64,000 nt of DNA from Candidatus Magasanikbacteria bacterium CG11_big_fil_rev_8_21_14_0_20_39_34 (GCA_002787355.1 PCWN01000007.1:248996-312995); one strand, 5' to 3'. Positions 33,616 through 44,960 are shown, numbered from the stretch's first letter. Made by a program: numbers and translations. The notes: generated from the sequence alone by a model not told the origin.

Positions 33616-36600
33616 TTATAGGCTAAATAGAGCGGATATTTCAGGTTGTGTTAAAACACGGTTATATACCCGTACATCATCCATATAACCAGAAAATGGC
33701 TGTGTTCCGGTTCCAGATTGATTTTTGTCATGGAACTTCGTATCATTGTTGGTTGCTCCAACTCCAATGTCACCACTATGAGACCACACCTGTGATCCCT
33801 CACCAGACGCACGAAGGCTTCCATTGAGATATCCTCGTAGAGCATCTTGTGTACGTGTTGTTCCACCCTGGAGTGTGAGTACAACAGAATACCAATTTCC
33901 TGGAGTAATAGTTCCCAGATCTAAGAAGGTTCCCCTCCAACCAGACTCGTTGGTAGGTTCATTCCAACCACCAACATACAGATGTCCGGCATCTATATAG
34001 ATATTGAGCCCCCTTGAGGTTCCTCCTTCTTCAAAGAGAACTTGACGAGAAGAAACAGCACTTGGATTAAATACCAATGAAATACTTCTTGCTGTTTGTA
34101 CCGCAGTATTCATAAGCGGACTATCCTTAAAGTGAATGTAGTCATCTACTCCATCAAATGAAGCTGACTCACCATACTTTCCATTCTGAACCACTTGTAC
34201 ACCATTTTTTAATTCACCATTATTTCCAAGTCCTGAATAGTCCCAAGCATACGTTCCTTCAATCACAAAGGGAAGCTGCATCACCAAACTTGTTCTTGAA
34301 AGCGGATCATTCTTCACTTCAAAAGGAAGTCGTGCATCTGACGCCTGGTCATGAAGCAATGCAACCTCTGAGGCATCCAATTCTCGGTTGTAAATCTTGA
34401 GTTCATCAATTGATCCCAAAAGTGAAGACGCACCGGAACCAGACTTTGCTCCATCGTGAAAGAGCGTATCACTATTTACAGCTCCTACTCCAATACCGCC
34501 TGAGTGATCCCAGAGTTGGGATCCCATACCTTCCTCGAAAAGTACTCCATCTACATACCCCTTCAAAGCTTTTGCTTGTAATGTTGTTCCCCCGTTTAAT
34601 GTCAGAACAACATGATGCCAAACACCAGACTGAATAGCTGCGGTAGACAAATACGTCCCCTGCCAGCCACTTTCATTTGTGGGAGTATTCCATCCTGCTA
34701 CATAGAGTTTTCCTGAGTCAATATAGAGAGATAATCCTCGCACCGTTCCACCCTCTTCATACAAAACCTGACGTTTTGAGATGTCAAAAGCTTGAAACCA
34801 GAGAGAAATACTCCTCTGACCATAAATACCAAGGTTGGTATCATCGGAATTTGGAACCTTTACATAATCTGCATTTCCATCCAAAGTGAGTGATCCTTGA
34901 CTATGACCAAATACAGGATTTATATATGCATTCCCTGAAAGTGTAGCATTATGTGAAGCAGGTGATGCATCCGTGAGATCAAAATCAAAATGATAGTCCC
35001 CCACCAACCCAACTGGAGAAACATCTTGTGGTGGTGGAACACTTTGCGCTTCTACGGTAAAACTGTGTTGTGACTTGTTTGCCACAGTCCAAGAATTCGC
35101 CAACACATTTCCCGCTACATCTTTCACATTCTCAACGGCAAAGTAATAAGATACCCCATAGTCAAGTGGCAGTGTTGTATTGAAGGTTGCAACTTTATTT
35201 TGTGAGTTAAGTGTTAAGCTATTCAAGAATACCACCGTATCATCACTCATACGTCTGAGTTGCAAGTTTGTATAATTTACGGTAGCGGGATCCACTGCCT
35301 CGCTGAAGGTAATAAATGGAACAACATCCACAGAAACATTTTGCTCAAGAGCTGCGGGACTCTGGAGAGTAACCGTAGGCGCAAGTACATCTTGTTGATC
35401 TGGGGTAAGCGGATCACAGTCCTCATCTTTGCCATTATTGGCAATCTCAATCGCCCCTGGGTGTACGCTCGCGTCATTGTCATTGCAATCTATCTGAGAG
35501 TTATACCCATCCGCATCAGCATCAAGGAAATCCCGTGTTACTGGGTTGCAATCATTATCCACTCCATCGTAGAGTACTTCTGTAGCTCCTGGGTGGATAC
35601 TGGCATCATTGTCATTACAGTCTACTGTTGAAGAGTATCCATCCGCATCGGCATCAACTTCAACTGGTGGTTCCACTGGGCCTGGATTGCTTGATTCTAT
35701 TATTTGTGCAAGTTCTAATCGTGCAGCTTCCCAAGTATCTGGATCAATTGACCAACTAATGTCTGTGTGCTTCCAGCTTGCTCCAGGTTCTTCTACACCT
35801 ACTTCCCACAATACTTTAGGAATAATCTCTTGAATTATTTGATCTACCCTTTGTGGGTCAACGGCACTTGCCAAAGCAAGGTAGTCTGCATCTTGAATAC
35901 CTCTTCTCCAGTATTTCAAACGAAGACTCGCAATTGGACCATTCATACCATAGGACTCTTCTCTATGCCGAACATCGGTTCCAGGATAAAACAATACTCC
36001 GTCTCCATTTCCTATTGGAGTATACTGACTGGCACCCGTTTCCCCTCTTCCACCTTCCGGATCCGTGCTATTGTCATACTGAGTTTGATTTCCAAAGGTT
36101 TGAGCATGGGTAAAGAGATTTGTATGAGGAGCATTTCCCTCATCCTGTGATGAACCATTGAAATTATGGTAATAGGTACTCTCCCAATAAAACCATCTAT
36201 CAATCCCTTCCTTATACTGTGTCCAAGGAATGGTACGCAAAGCAACACCATCATCTTCTGTCATAAAGGTTCCTGTTGCTGGTCGTGCGCCATTATAGAA
36301 GTAAAGCCTCTTTCCTGGATCATTTTTGTAGAATGGGGTATTTTTTGTTCCCCAATCCGTTGGTGCCACAGAAAAGGTAGTCGGAGAAATATCTACAGAA
36401 GGCATCTGTGTTCTTCCCGTATCTGCTCCAGCCGTCACCAAGGTCATAAGCGCACTTCCTGGACCGCTACTTTGCTCAATATCTTGTGCCCATCTTTGGA
36501 GTTTGTCATAGTTTCCGCCGGGTTCATCCATAAGATATACAAAGTGCTCTACATCTGGGGCATTTTGGTTAAACCAACTCTGCCAGGCATCAGCATGTCT

Positions 36601-39072
36601 TTGTAATTCTCCTCTATCCAGCCAATCATAAATGCTCCCTGAAAAGTCTCTGTTATCATTCCATGCCCAAGCAATGGCTCCATAGGTTCCAATAGAATAT
36701 ACTCCATTACCTACTCCAACTCCAGGGCCTTTATATCCGTTTTGTGCCGTAAAGAGGTTTCCATTCAAACGTGGAATCCAAGCATCATTTGGTCTATTAT
36801 TTCCTGCACCTTCATCAATCAGTGAAATTTTGTGTCGGTGTGCCATGAGAAAATAATTATCCACCAAAGTAGAGTTTGTATATCCATACCTTCCTTGAAT
36901 TTGACCATCCGGTTCTCCTGAGATAAAAAGCATGGTCTTTGAAGTTGGTTCATCCGGCAATACAAAGTTTTTTACTTCAAGTTGAACCGGAACAAAAGAA
37001 ATATTCCCATTTTGATTCACTTTTACCTGCCCTTGGTAGATTCCAGCAGGTGCATCTTTTGGAATATAGATGTCCGCCCAAATACTTTGATTCTCACCTG
37101 AGGGAATTGTAAATGGTTGTTCCAACTCCAGAGGAACTGCAATATCTGGGTAGTATTTATCGTGATCTGGTCTATCTGTCCAATTATATCCTGTACCCCA
37201 TCCACGTGCATCATGTGGTCTTTGCAAACGCAATGGCGTGTGTCTCTGGTCATACTGTCCATAGCCAAGGGTACTCACACCTTTTATTTGAAGATAACGA
37301 ACATAAAAGAGCTCAATATCTCGATTGGTCCAGTCAAAAAGGGTATTTTTATCTCCACTATAGGGTGCAGAACCAATTCTATAATTGCCTGGCCCTGTAA
37401 GCTCATCAAAAGTAACATTTAGGTTTCCAGCTGCGGTATTGCCCGCTTCTAACACTAAGTTAAAAGCTACCACCTCATTTTTTGCACCAAATAACTGTAC
37501 TTGTTGCCCATTCCAGGCACTATTCACAATACTATTTGGGTTATTACTGAACCGAAGTTCATCTTTGGTCACCTTATCTTCCCCATTATTTGCCCAAATT
37601 CCCGTAAGATTTCCACCAACAGAGACAGGAATATCAATAGAAAAGTTACTATTGGATACCCGAACTTCATTGTTATCGAAATAGCTTTTTAAAGTCAGTA
37701 AGATAGCAGATCCATCTGAGGGTAAATTAGTATTGAGAAGTTGCTGAGTTCCATTTAATCCTGTATATGCAGAAAACTGACTTGGATTTTGTGCTGTTCC
37801 TACCAAAAGATCATAACTATTTGCATCTACCTCCTGCCATGATACCGTCACATTCTTACTGCTGAGTACTGCATTATTTTGAGGTTGGAGTATCTGAGAA
37901 GCAAGTGGAACAATATTTCTTACATGTGCTGTAAATTTATATCCCGTTGCAGAATATTGTGCCGGATCTACTTCGTAACCCGTGCTATTATTTGCATAAA
38001 TGCGTACATAAAACGTTCTTCCATCTTCTGGAAGGTTATCAATGGTAATGGAATTTGTTTTTGTTGTAAACCAACCACTTCCTGCAAGCGTGCCCGAGAT
38101 ACTTCCTACCGAGTCCCCAATGGCCAACGCATAGTGATCCAAACGTGAGTCTACTACAGGATTCCACTGCAGTGTAAGACTTGTAGATGGCAACTGCTGA
38201 GGAACAGAGGTATCCCCTGTATTTTGTTGTTGGTAAAAGGAAGAGTCAGGAGCTGTGAGCTGAAGTGGGCTCAATGCAGGATCCACCACCGGTGGTTCAA
38301 CGACAGGTCCACTCACATCTACCGAAAAAGTACTTTGGGATTCCAATGCTCCACTTCCCGCAAAATTGCTTCTGAGTGTCAAATACACCAAAGAACCATC
38401 TGTTGGAAGGTTGGCATCAAGTAATTTTTGTGTTGTTTGTATTCCGGTATAGGTAGCAAACGCTTCTTTATTCTGAGCTGTTCCTACGAAAAGATCATAT
38501 GTTTGTGCCCCAACATCTTGCCATTGGACTGTTATCGAGTCTGTATTGAGAACCGTGCCATCTTGTGGTTGTATTATGTTTGCTGCTACCTCAACGACAC
38601 CTCCTGTGTTTGAAGTAAACTTGTATGTTTTTGCAGAAAACTGCCCTGAATCAACTTCGTAACCACTACTATTGTTTGCAAAAATTCTTATATAAAAGTC
38701 GCGACCATCGCTTGGAAGATCCGTAAGCGTAAGAGAGTTATTTCGTGTTGTTAACCAACCTCCTGTAGGTAATATTCCCGTGATACTCCCGGGAGTATCC
38801 CCTACGGCAAGCGCATAATGATCAAAATTTGTATGCGACACGATATTCCACTCTAAAGAAAGCGTGGTACTCGGTAATGATTCCGGTATGGAATTATCAT
38901 CCGTATATAATTGCTGGTAGTACCTCGAGTCAACACTGGTAAGCTCCAGAGGATTCCCTGTGGCATATGCAGGCGTAATCAAACTCAGAGGTCCTAATCC
39001 TGGTACAATTGCTGTCACCACTATAACCAGTATTTTGAAAGCATGTACAATCCCCCTATATAGTTTATTCAT
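33616..39072 (-). CDS. Giant secreted protein: duplicated N-terminal Ig-like modules, DUF4091/glycoside-hydrolase-like core, 2x DADADG..DCND motifs, Big_5-like domain, 2x LamG
   Basis: Signal peptide; internal repeats visible in translation; GDGVLFYPG..SLRLKYWRRGIQD; IDELKIYNREL and MDDVRVYNRVL LamG ends. Confidence 0.8.
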   Translation of the reverse strand: MNKLYRGIVHAFKILVIVVTAIVPGLGPLSLITPAYATGNPLELTSVDSRYYQQLYTDDNSIPESLPSTTLSLEWNIVSHTNFDHYALAVGDTPGSITGILPTGGWLTTRNNSLTLTDLPSDGRDFYIRIFANNSSGYEVDSGQFSAKTYKFTSNTGGVVEVAANIIQPQDGTVLNTDSITVQWQDVGAQTYDLFVGTAQNKEAFATYTGIQTTQKLLDANLPTDGSLVYLTLRSNFAGSGALESQSTFSVDVSGPVVEPPVVDPALSPLQLTAPDSSFYQQQNTGDTSVPQQLPSTSLTLQWNPVVDSRLDHYALAIGDSVGSISGTLAGSGWFTTKTNSITIDNLPEDGRTFYVRIYANNSTGYEVDPAQYSATGYKFTAHVRNIVPLASQILQPQNNAVLSSKNVTVSWQEVDANSYDLLVGTAQNPSQFSAYTGLNGTQQLLNTNLPSDGSAILLTLKSYFDNNEVRVSNSNFSIDIPVSVGGNLTGIWANNGEDKVTKDELRFSNNPNSIVNSAWNGQQVQLFGAKNEVVAFNLVLEAGNTAAGNLNVTFDELTGPGNYRIGSAPYSGDKNTLFDWTNRDIELFYVRYLQIKGVSTLGYGQYDQRHTPLRLQRPHDARGWGTGYNWTDRPDHDKYYPDIAVPLELEQPFTIPSGENQSIWADIYIPKDAPAGIYQGQVKVNQNGNISFVPVQLEVKNFVLPDEPTSKTMLFISGEPDGQIQGRYGYTNSTLVDNYFLMAHRHKISLIDEGAGNNRPNDAWIPRLNGNLFTAQNGYKGPGVGVGNGVYSIGTYGAIAWAWNDNRDFSGSIYDWLDRGELQRHADAWQSWFNQNAPDVEHFVYLMDEPGGNYDKLQRWAQDIEQSSGPGSALMTLVTAGADTGRTQMPSVDISPTTFSVAPTDWGTKNTPFYKNDPGKRLYFYNGARPATGTFMTEDDGVALRTIPWTQYKEGIDRWFYWESTYYHNFNGSSQDEGNAPHTNLFTHAQTFGNQTQYDNSTDPEGGRGETGASQYTPIGNGDGVLFYPGTDVRHREESYGMNGPIASLRLKYWRRGIQDADYLALASAVDPQRVDQIIQEIIPKVLWEVGVEEPGASWKHTDISWSIDPDTWEAARLELAQIIESSNPGPVEPPVEVDADADGYSSTVDCNDNDASIHPGATEVLYDGVDNDCNPVTRDFLDADADGYNSQIDCNDNDASVHPGAIEIANNGKDEDCDPLTPDQQDVLAPTVTLQSPAALEQNVSVDVVPFITFSEAVDPATVNYTNLQLRRMSDDTVVFLNSLTLNSQNKVATFNTTLPLDYGVSYYFAVENVKDVAGNVLANSWTVANKSQHSFTVEAQSVPPPQDVSPVGLVGDYHFDFDLTDASPASHNATLSGNAYINPVFGHSQGSLTLDGNADYVKVPNSDDTNLGIYGQRSISLWFQAFDISKRQVLYEEGGTVRGLSLYIDSGKLYVAGWNTPTNESGWQGTYLSTAAIQSGVWHHVVLTLNGGTTLQAKALKGYVDGVLFEEGMGSQLWDHSGGIGVGAVNSDTLFHDGAKSGSGASSLLGSIDELKIYNRELDASEVALLHDQASDARLPFEVKNDPLSRTSLVMQLPFVIEGTYAWDYSGLGNNGELKNGVQVVQNGKYGESASFDGVDDYIHFKDSPLMNTAVQTARSISLVFNPSAVSSRQVLFEEGGTSRGLNIYIDAGHLYVGGWNEPTNESGWRGTFLDLGTITPGNWYSVVLTLQGGTTRTQDALRGYLNGSLRASGEGSQVWSHSGDIGVGATNNDTKFHDKNQSGTGTQPFSGYMDDVRVYNRVLTQPEISALFSL

Positions 39073-39230
39073 AAAAAATTTGTTAAGATTGCACCCCCAA
39101 CGTAGTAAATTTTTGTTTTTATTACATACGGAGAAATTTTAAAATTAGAACCCTCCATCGCTGTAATCATAACATAAAGAAAAAAGAATGCAAACTGTGT
39201 GCACCCTTTCTTCTGCTTCTCTTTTTTTGA

Positions 39231-41498
39231 CTAGTTTACCACCTCAAAATCTGGCTGATTCTTATCTTTTTTTAGTTCAATTTTAGATATTTCAGACAAG
39301 TCAGAAAGCGCGTGGGCCTTGAGATATATATTTGAGAATGTATATAAAACATCGCCAATATACAAAGAACGAAGTACATTATTATCATAGTAGTTATATC
39401 CCCAAAAGAAATCACTTTCAGCAGGTGCTCCTCCATCGGAATGATCAATTTTTCCTTTGAGTTCAATTTTATCTGCAGTTATTTCAAACACCGCAGCACC
39501 AGAGAAAGTAAGTTTTCCCCAAGATTCTCCCCCAATTGATTCTCGCAAGCTTACGGGAATGGCCAAAAGATTTTTTTCTTTTGAGAATAAGAATGCTTTA
39601 TGATCATAGAGTGCAATGGAATCACTTCCTCCATCTCCAAGAGTTGCCGTTGTCTTTTCCTTTGGATTTGATACATCTGATACATCGAAAAGTGAAATTT
39701 TGATTCCCTTTGTTACAACAGAACCATATGAATTTTGCATAGTATCTTTTCCTATTCCAATAAGCGTATTCTCATCATAGGGGTGAAGATAATTTGAGAA
39801 TCCTGGCACTTTTAATTTTCCAAGGACTTTGGGCGCCTTTGGATCCAGTAAGTCAATTACAAATAGTGGGTCCACCTGTTCAAATGTTGTCATGTATGCC
39901 CTATTTTGCATAAACCTCACTGAATAAATTCGTTCTTCTGGTGCAAGATTGGTGAGACTTCCCACAATCTTCATATCTGCATCAAGCACATAGAGATTGC
40001 TAAAGGATTTCTTTTCTTCATCCGTGAGATATTGACTCCAGAGATTTCCACGAGTCGTAGCAATTCTAAAGTATCCTCCTGATTCATCCATAGAAAACTG
40101 ATTGAGAACACTTCCGGGAACTTCTCCTGTTTTTTCAAAGTGGATCTGACCATCTTGTAAAGCAATTTTATGAACAACAGTTTTTTCTATCTCCCCTATC
40201 AACTTGGAATATTTTTCTCTCATCATGGTATCAAATTGATCCTGAAGTGTCTTCTGCTGTTCTGGCGTCTGAGAATCTGCATATGCATAAAGAATCTGAC
40301 GGATTTTGTCTCTCTTTTCCCAGTCGGAAAGAATGAATTTTTCTACCGATTCAATTTTTTGAACTTTGAGTTTATCTTCAGCATTCAAAAGAGGAAAAAA
40401 GAGTGTTTTACTTACCTCAAACTCTATTTCTGATTCATCCAAATATTTTGTGTGCGTAAGATACATGGCATTTTCTGAAACATACATATTCTGTTGCCAA
40501 GGAAGAAGGAAAACATTTGCACTCACGGGCATGTCTGGGTTGACAATGTTAATGGCAGAAACCGTTACATAATTGAGGTTATTATAGGGAACATCAAAAT
40601 AATACACTTCCGGTAAAAGACAATTTGGCTTGTCATTACAATCCATTACCGTTTTTTCACCATTTACAATCATTTCCGGCAAGAGTGGACGCGGACCACC
40701 GCCATAGAAGGAGTTATATTTATCAGTTACAAAGTAAACATAATTCCCAATCATGCGGGAATTATTATAATTCCCTTCCAAATCCATATCTTTTATTTGC
40801 TTTGGATTTTTTTTGTCAGAGATGTCAAAAACCTTAAAGAAGGTGTACTGACTCTGTCCCCAAGGTGCAAAACTTTTTGATGTCTCTATAGGCTGAAATT
40901 GTGTATCACTTCCAAAAACAACCAACCTATCTCCTGAAATATAGAGTTCTTGTGGGCGAGAACGGAAAGCGATTTTTGAAAGGATTTGAGCGTTTTCAGC
41001 AGGATACGCATCCAAAATAAAGAGATCATTCTTTACGACCGCATAAACATACTTTCCATCTGTTTTTATAATATCTGATTCATCCACTCCCTGCACTTGA
41101 ACATTTGTTTGTGAGTAATCCGAAGTATTTGCTGCTGTGGGCATAGGTACTGGTGCACCAGCAACCGCATCATTCATCATTGGAGCTGCCATAGCCATGG
41201 TTTCCATCTTCATACTTCCGCCGGCACCCATTCCGCCACCCAAGGCTGACGGTTCATTATTTTTGAGAAACATGGCCAATTCACCAAGGTCCTTAAATTT
41301 CTTTAAGGTTCCTTGCTTTTGAAGTTCTTGATCCAGACTCTGAGAAGTGAGGTTTCCATTGGTAGGCTGTTGTGTTGTCTCACTCCCTGGCTTTTGGCTT
41401 GATGGAGCTGGTGTTACGGATCCCATCTTCCATGACATACTACAACCACCCAAAAAAAGCGTTGCAAAAAGTAAAAATGGAATATATTTTTTATACAT
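39231..41498 (-). CDS. Secreted beta-propeller domain lipoprotein
   Basis: Lipobox LGGC; YSQTNVQVQGVDESDIIKTDG, LNQFSMDE, DPLFVIDL, PGFSNYLHP. Confidence 0.85.
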   Translation of the reverse strand: MYKKYIPFLLFATLFLGGCSMSWKMGSVTPAPSSQKPGSETTQQPTNGNLTSQSLDQELQKQGTLKKFKDLGELAMFLKNNEPSALGGGMGAGGSMKMETMAMAAPMMNDAVAGAPVPMPTAANTSDYSQTNVQVQGVDESDIIKTDGKYVYAVVKNDLFILDAYPAENAQILSKIAFRSRPQELYISGDRLVVFGSDTQFQPIETSKSFAPWGQSQYTFFKVFDISDKKNPKQIKDMDLEGNYNNSRMIGNYVYFVTDKYNSFYGGGPRPLLPEMIVNGEKTVMDCNDKPNCLLPEVYYFDVPYNNLNYVTVSAINIVNPDMPVSANVFLLPWQQNMYVSENAMYLTHTKYLDESEIEFEVSKTLFFPLLNAEDKLKVQKIESVEKFILSDWEKRDKIRQILYAYADSQTPEQQKTLQDQFDTMMREKYSKLIGEIEKTVVHKIALQDGQIHFEKTGEVPGSVLNQFSMDESGGYFRIATTRGNLWSQYLTDEEKKSFSNLYVLDADMKIVGSLTNLAPEERIYSVRFMQNRAYMTTFEQVDPLFVIDLLDPKAPKVLGKLKVPGFSNYLHPYDENTLIGIGKDTMQNSYGSVVTKGIKISLFDVSDVSNPKEKTTATLGDGGSDSIALYDHKAFLFSKEKNLLAIPVSLRESIGGESWGKLTFSGAAVFEITADKIELKGKIDHSDGGAPAESDFFWGYNYYDNNVLRSLYIGDVLYTFSNIYLKAHALSDLSEISKIELKKDKNQPDFEVVN

Positions 41499-41578
41499 AA
41501 TTTTATTTGTGAAAAATAAATGTTTATCTGTTGCTATTATACCATATTTTCAGAAAAAATGCAGTATAACTCCATTTT

Positions 41579-42355
41579 TTATTTTTTCACTATGGTATGG
41601 AGTACAGAGATAATTTTTTTGTTTACTTCTTCTACTTCTTTCTTTGAACGTCTATAATCATGACCAATTTGAGGAAAGAAGATATATTTTTTGGGCTCAT
41701 GGGCAAAAGAGAACAGTTCTTCAATTTCTTCCTTTGGTACAATGACATCTTGCCCGCCGGCCACACAGATAAAGGGCACATGAAGATCCTTGATTACCTC
41801 CATGGCACTGTATTTGTCTCTATCCAAAACATGAGCAAATGGAACAGCAAATTCCCTTGTACCTTCCATATCATTGGGGAGATCCCTTTTGGAAATATGG
41901 ATATGTTCCTGTTCCCACTCTTCACGTTTTTTTCCTACCATAGGACCCGTGGATGGCATGATGGCAAGAACTGCCGAGATGCTTTTCTCTTTTACTGCAA
42001 AAAGAATAGAAACCTGTCCGCCACGACTATGTCCTCCAAGCAATACCTCATTATATTCTCCTCCCTTTTTCATATATTCAAGTACGGTTTGAATATCTAA
42101 AATGTATTGCGTTGTTGTATAATCTTCTATGTTTCCTTCACTTTCCCAAGTTCCGGTTGGATCAAAACGTACCACAGTATATCCATCTATACATAAACTT
42201 TCTGCCAAAGAAACAAGATGAAGATAATCCTTGGAATCCAAAAAACCCGGGCAAAGAATTGCCAACTTCCTCGTATTTTGTTCATTTTGATGAATTGCAA
42301 TACTCAAATCTCCTTTTGGAGAAGGGATCATTTTTTTAAAAATATGCATACGCAT
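41579..42355 (-). CDS. Alpha/beta hydrolase
   Basis: GHSRGG nucleophile elbow, downstream D and H. Confidence 0.85.
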   Translation of the reverse strand: MRMHIFKKMIPSPKGDLSIAIHQNEQNTRKLAILCPGFLDSKDYLHLVSLAESLCIDGYTVVRFDPTGTWESEGNIEDYTTTQYILDIQTVLEYMKKGGEYNEVLLGGHSRGGQVSILFAVKEKSISAVLAIMPSTGPMVGKKREEWEQEHIHISKRDLPNDMEGTREFAVPFAHVLDRDKYSAMEVIKDLHVPFICVAGGQDVIVPKEEIEELFSFAHEPKKYIFFPQIGHDYRRSKKEVEEVNKKIISVLHTIVKK

Positions 42356-42357
42356 CT

Positions 42358-42945
42358 CTATAATGGCAAAAAGAGTTTTTCTAATTCTTTTTGTTCCTTT
42401 TCAAAAAGCTTTGCCTTATATATTTTTTCTACAATTTCCTGTTCAGCAAAATTTTTATTATGAACTACAAGATCTGTAAATTCTTCAAAGGTAACCGGTT
42501 TCAAAGTAATTTTTTCTCCTCCATCCAGCTCGAGTTCTGCAACTTTTTTCAATCCCTTGGCAACAAAGGTGTAGACTACCCAATCTATTTTGGGAGTGGG
42601 GTGTTGTGCATCCCATAAAATAAATTCTTCTGCTTCATAACCACTTTCTTCCAAAAGTTCCCTTTTTGCCGCAGCTAAAATATCTTCTCCGTCATCCACT
42701 CTTCCACCGGTAGCACCTATGTAGGGCTCCTTACCTGGCTGTTCTTGTTCTGTCAGAAGAATACGCCCATCATCCAATACCGGAAAGACCACCACGGTAT
42801 CCGGACGTTTCAATTTTTCAAAAATGGCAGTTGTCCCATCAAAAAGTTTTTGTTCCCACTGATATACATCAAAAATAACACCATCAAATACTTTTTTGGC
42901 ATGATCTGGTATGGGTTGTACTGATTCAGGACGTAAAATATCCAT
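42358..42945 (-). CDS. Nudix hydrolase (ADP-ribose pyrophosphatase-like)
   Basis: GGRVDDGEDILAAAKRELLEESG. Confidence 0.9.
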   Translation of the reverse strand: MDILRPESVQPIPDHAKKVFDGVIFDVYQWEQKLFDGTTAIFEKLKRPDTVVVFPVLDDGRILLTEQEQPGKEPYIGATGGRVDDGEDILAAAKRELLEESGYEAEEFILWDAQHPTPKIDWVVYTFVAKGLKKVAELELDGGEKITLKPVTFEEFTDLVVHNKNFAEQEIVEKIYKAKLFEKEQKELEKLFLPL

Positions 42946-42952
42946 ATAAAAA

Positions 42953-43612
42953 TTATTCATTAATAATATACCATTCTCCCTCACTTATGACTTCCATATT
43001 CCCGTCCACTACCTTCAATGCAGACTGGTCATCCAGAACATACATGGTTTCTGTCATACCACTTGTCGCTTGAGCTATATTTTCTTTACGAAGTTTTGGA
43101 AACCAAACACTATTGAGATGAGGCACAACGTAATAATCAACCAAATGCAATCCTGGAATATCTTGCTTTTCATCCAAATCTTCTTCAAATAATTCTTGGG
43201 ACATACGCAGGGCCAAATCTTTTGATACGATAATACTTCCCGCACTCACTCCCACATATACTTTATTTTCAAGCAACTCCGGCAACATCTTGGTCAATCC
43301 GGATTTTTCTATCCATCGCATGAGATGATATGTATTTCCTCCTTCAAAATACAAAACATCTGCATTTTCTAATTTTGTTCTCAAAAGATCCGGTTCAAGA
43401 GCAGAAATGTCTGCAATGTCTATTTCTGCAAAACCACATTGTTGCAAAGAAACCAAATCCTCAATGAGCCATCCCTTATCCCCTACTTCTACATTTGAAG
43501 CGGTTGGGATAAATGCCAACTTTGTCTGTTCGGGTGTTTTGCCTACCAACTCAAATAAGGCTTTTTTGAGAGATTCATTGCGTATTCCCGCAGAAGTAAG
43601 AAGAAGTTTCAT
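42953..43612 (-). CDS. Peptidase E / S51 family
   Basis: FIPTAS, GGNT, GVSAGS, VPH. Confidence 0.88.
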   Translation of the reverse strand: MKLLLTSAGIRNESLKKALFELVGKTPEQTKLAFIPTASNVEVGDKGWLIEDLVSLQQCGFAEIDIADISALEPDLLRTKLENADVLYFEGGNTYHLMRWIEKSGLTKMLPELLENKVYVGVSAGSIIVSKDLALRMSQELFEEDLDEKQDIPGLHLVDYYVVPHLNSVWFPKLRKENIAQATSGMTETMYVLDDQSALKVVDGNMEVISEGEWYIINE

Positions 43613-43750
43613 AGATATTGATATTAGGTAATTTTACGTACACAAAAATAGTTAATGTGAGAGAACATGTTTACCTTCACAGTATACCAAACGCTTGAAT
43701 TCCCAGCAATTATTGGTATACTCAAAGGGAAATGTATTCAATTATTTGCT

Positions 43751-44293
43751 ATGTCAACCATTCGTTTTACAACCAAACTTCTTACTATTGGATCCACTAC
43801 CCTTGTACACCTTCCCCTGAGCGCTAGTAAAAAGCTCCCTTCTCGTGGGATGGTTATGGTGGACGGAAATATCAATGGTTTTGATTTTCAGGCCCCCTTG
43901 GAGCCGGATGGAAAAGAAAGTCACTGGTTTGAGGTAGAGAAGGCTCTACTCAACGGAACAGGAATAAAGCCAGGAGATACACTCACACTTACCATTACTC
44001 CATCCAAGAATTGGCCAGATCCAAAAATACCAAAAGACTTCCAAGAAGTTCTTTTTGCCAATACAGAAGCCAAAAAAACCTGGATGGATACCACTCCCCT
44101 TGCCCGTTGGGACTGGATACGTTGGATACGATCCACCAAACAACCGGAGACAAGAAAGAGACGTATTGAAGTAGCTTGCTCAAAACTTGAATCTGGAAAA
44201 AAAAGACCCTGTTGTTTCAATAGGAATCTTTGCACACAACCATCCGTATCACACAATGGAATCCTTCTTGAGAATACAGAGTCAAAAAAATAA
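43751..44293 (+). CDS. DUF1905 + YdeI/OmpD-associated protein
   Basis: LPSRGMVMV.G, WIRWIRSTKQPETRKRRI. Confidence 0.8.
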   Translation: MSTIRFTTKLLTIGSTTLVHLPLSASKKLPSRGMVMVDGNINGFDFQAPLEPDGKESHWFEVEKALLNGTGIKPGDTLTLTITPSKNWPDPKIPKDFQEVLFANTEAKKTWMDTTPLARWDWIRWIRSTKQPETRKRRIEVACSKLESGKKRPCCFNRNLCTQPSVSHNGILLENTESKK

Positions 44294-44326
44294 TTACACT
44301 CTATTTATTCACTTGAGTAAAAAAAT

Positions 44327-44560
44327 ATGAAACATATTCACTTGAAGCCAAGCTGGACAACCATTATCCTCTTTATGGCAATTATTCTTGCTCCCATCAT
44401 AGACGGCTACCCTGCTTTTGTCTTATTTTTTACGTATATAAAACTTGGTGAATTTTCTGCCCTTTTACTTATCCTTGGTTTTTTTGTATTTGCCTATATG
44501 GTTGCATACATGTTATCAAGAGGAATACTCTACACAAAAAATAGGTTGATGAGAAGATAA
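44327..44560 (+). CDS. Small membrane protein
   Basis: 77 aa, two hydrophobic stretches. Confidence 0.55.
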   Translation: MKHIHLKPSWTTIILFMAIILAPIIDGYPAFVLFFTYIKLGEFSALLLILGFFVFAYMVAYMLSRGILYTKNRLMRR

Positions 44561-44594
44561 TCAAAAATTTGGATACCCTAAAAATGATTTGTTT

Positions 44595-44960
44595 ATGAAA
44601 ACATTTGTACAGTTTTTACTGAGTCTTCTTACAAGTATACTTCTTGGCATCTTGGGGCTTGGTGTCGGTGCCACTATTGGCGGTAATTTTGGTTTTCCTG
44701 CATTTGGGGGAAATGTTGGATATGAAGCCGGAGGTGTTTTTTTTGCAATTTTGGGAATTTCTTTGGGTAGCTTTTTCTTTTTTACATTACAAAATAAATT
44801 ACAATCAAAACAATTTCAATTCAAAATGCTCCTTGCAACTGCACTTACATTTTTTAAAGGAAACAAACCAAAAGCAAATTTAAAAATATGTTTCCAGTCT
44901 TTACTATTTATATTTCAAATTCTTGATCAACTTCTGCTAGATGTGTTTTTAACTCGTTAA
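44595..44960 (+). CDS. Gly-rich membrane protein, possibly 3'-truncated by island insertion
   Basis: TM segments, then a tail overlapping the convergent gene by ~50 bp. Confidence 0.5.
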   Translation: MKTFVQFLLSLLTSILLGILGLGVGATIGGNFGFPAFGGNVGYEAGGVFFAILGISLGSFFFFTLQNKLQSKQFQFKMLLATALTFFKGNKPKANLKICFQSLLFIFQILDQLLLDVFLTR

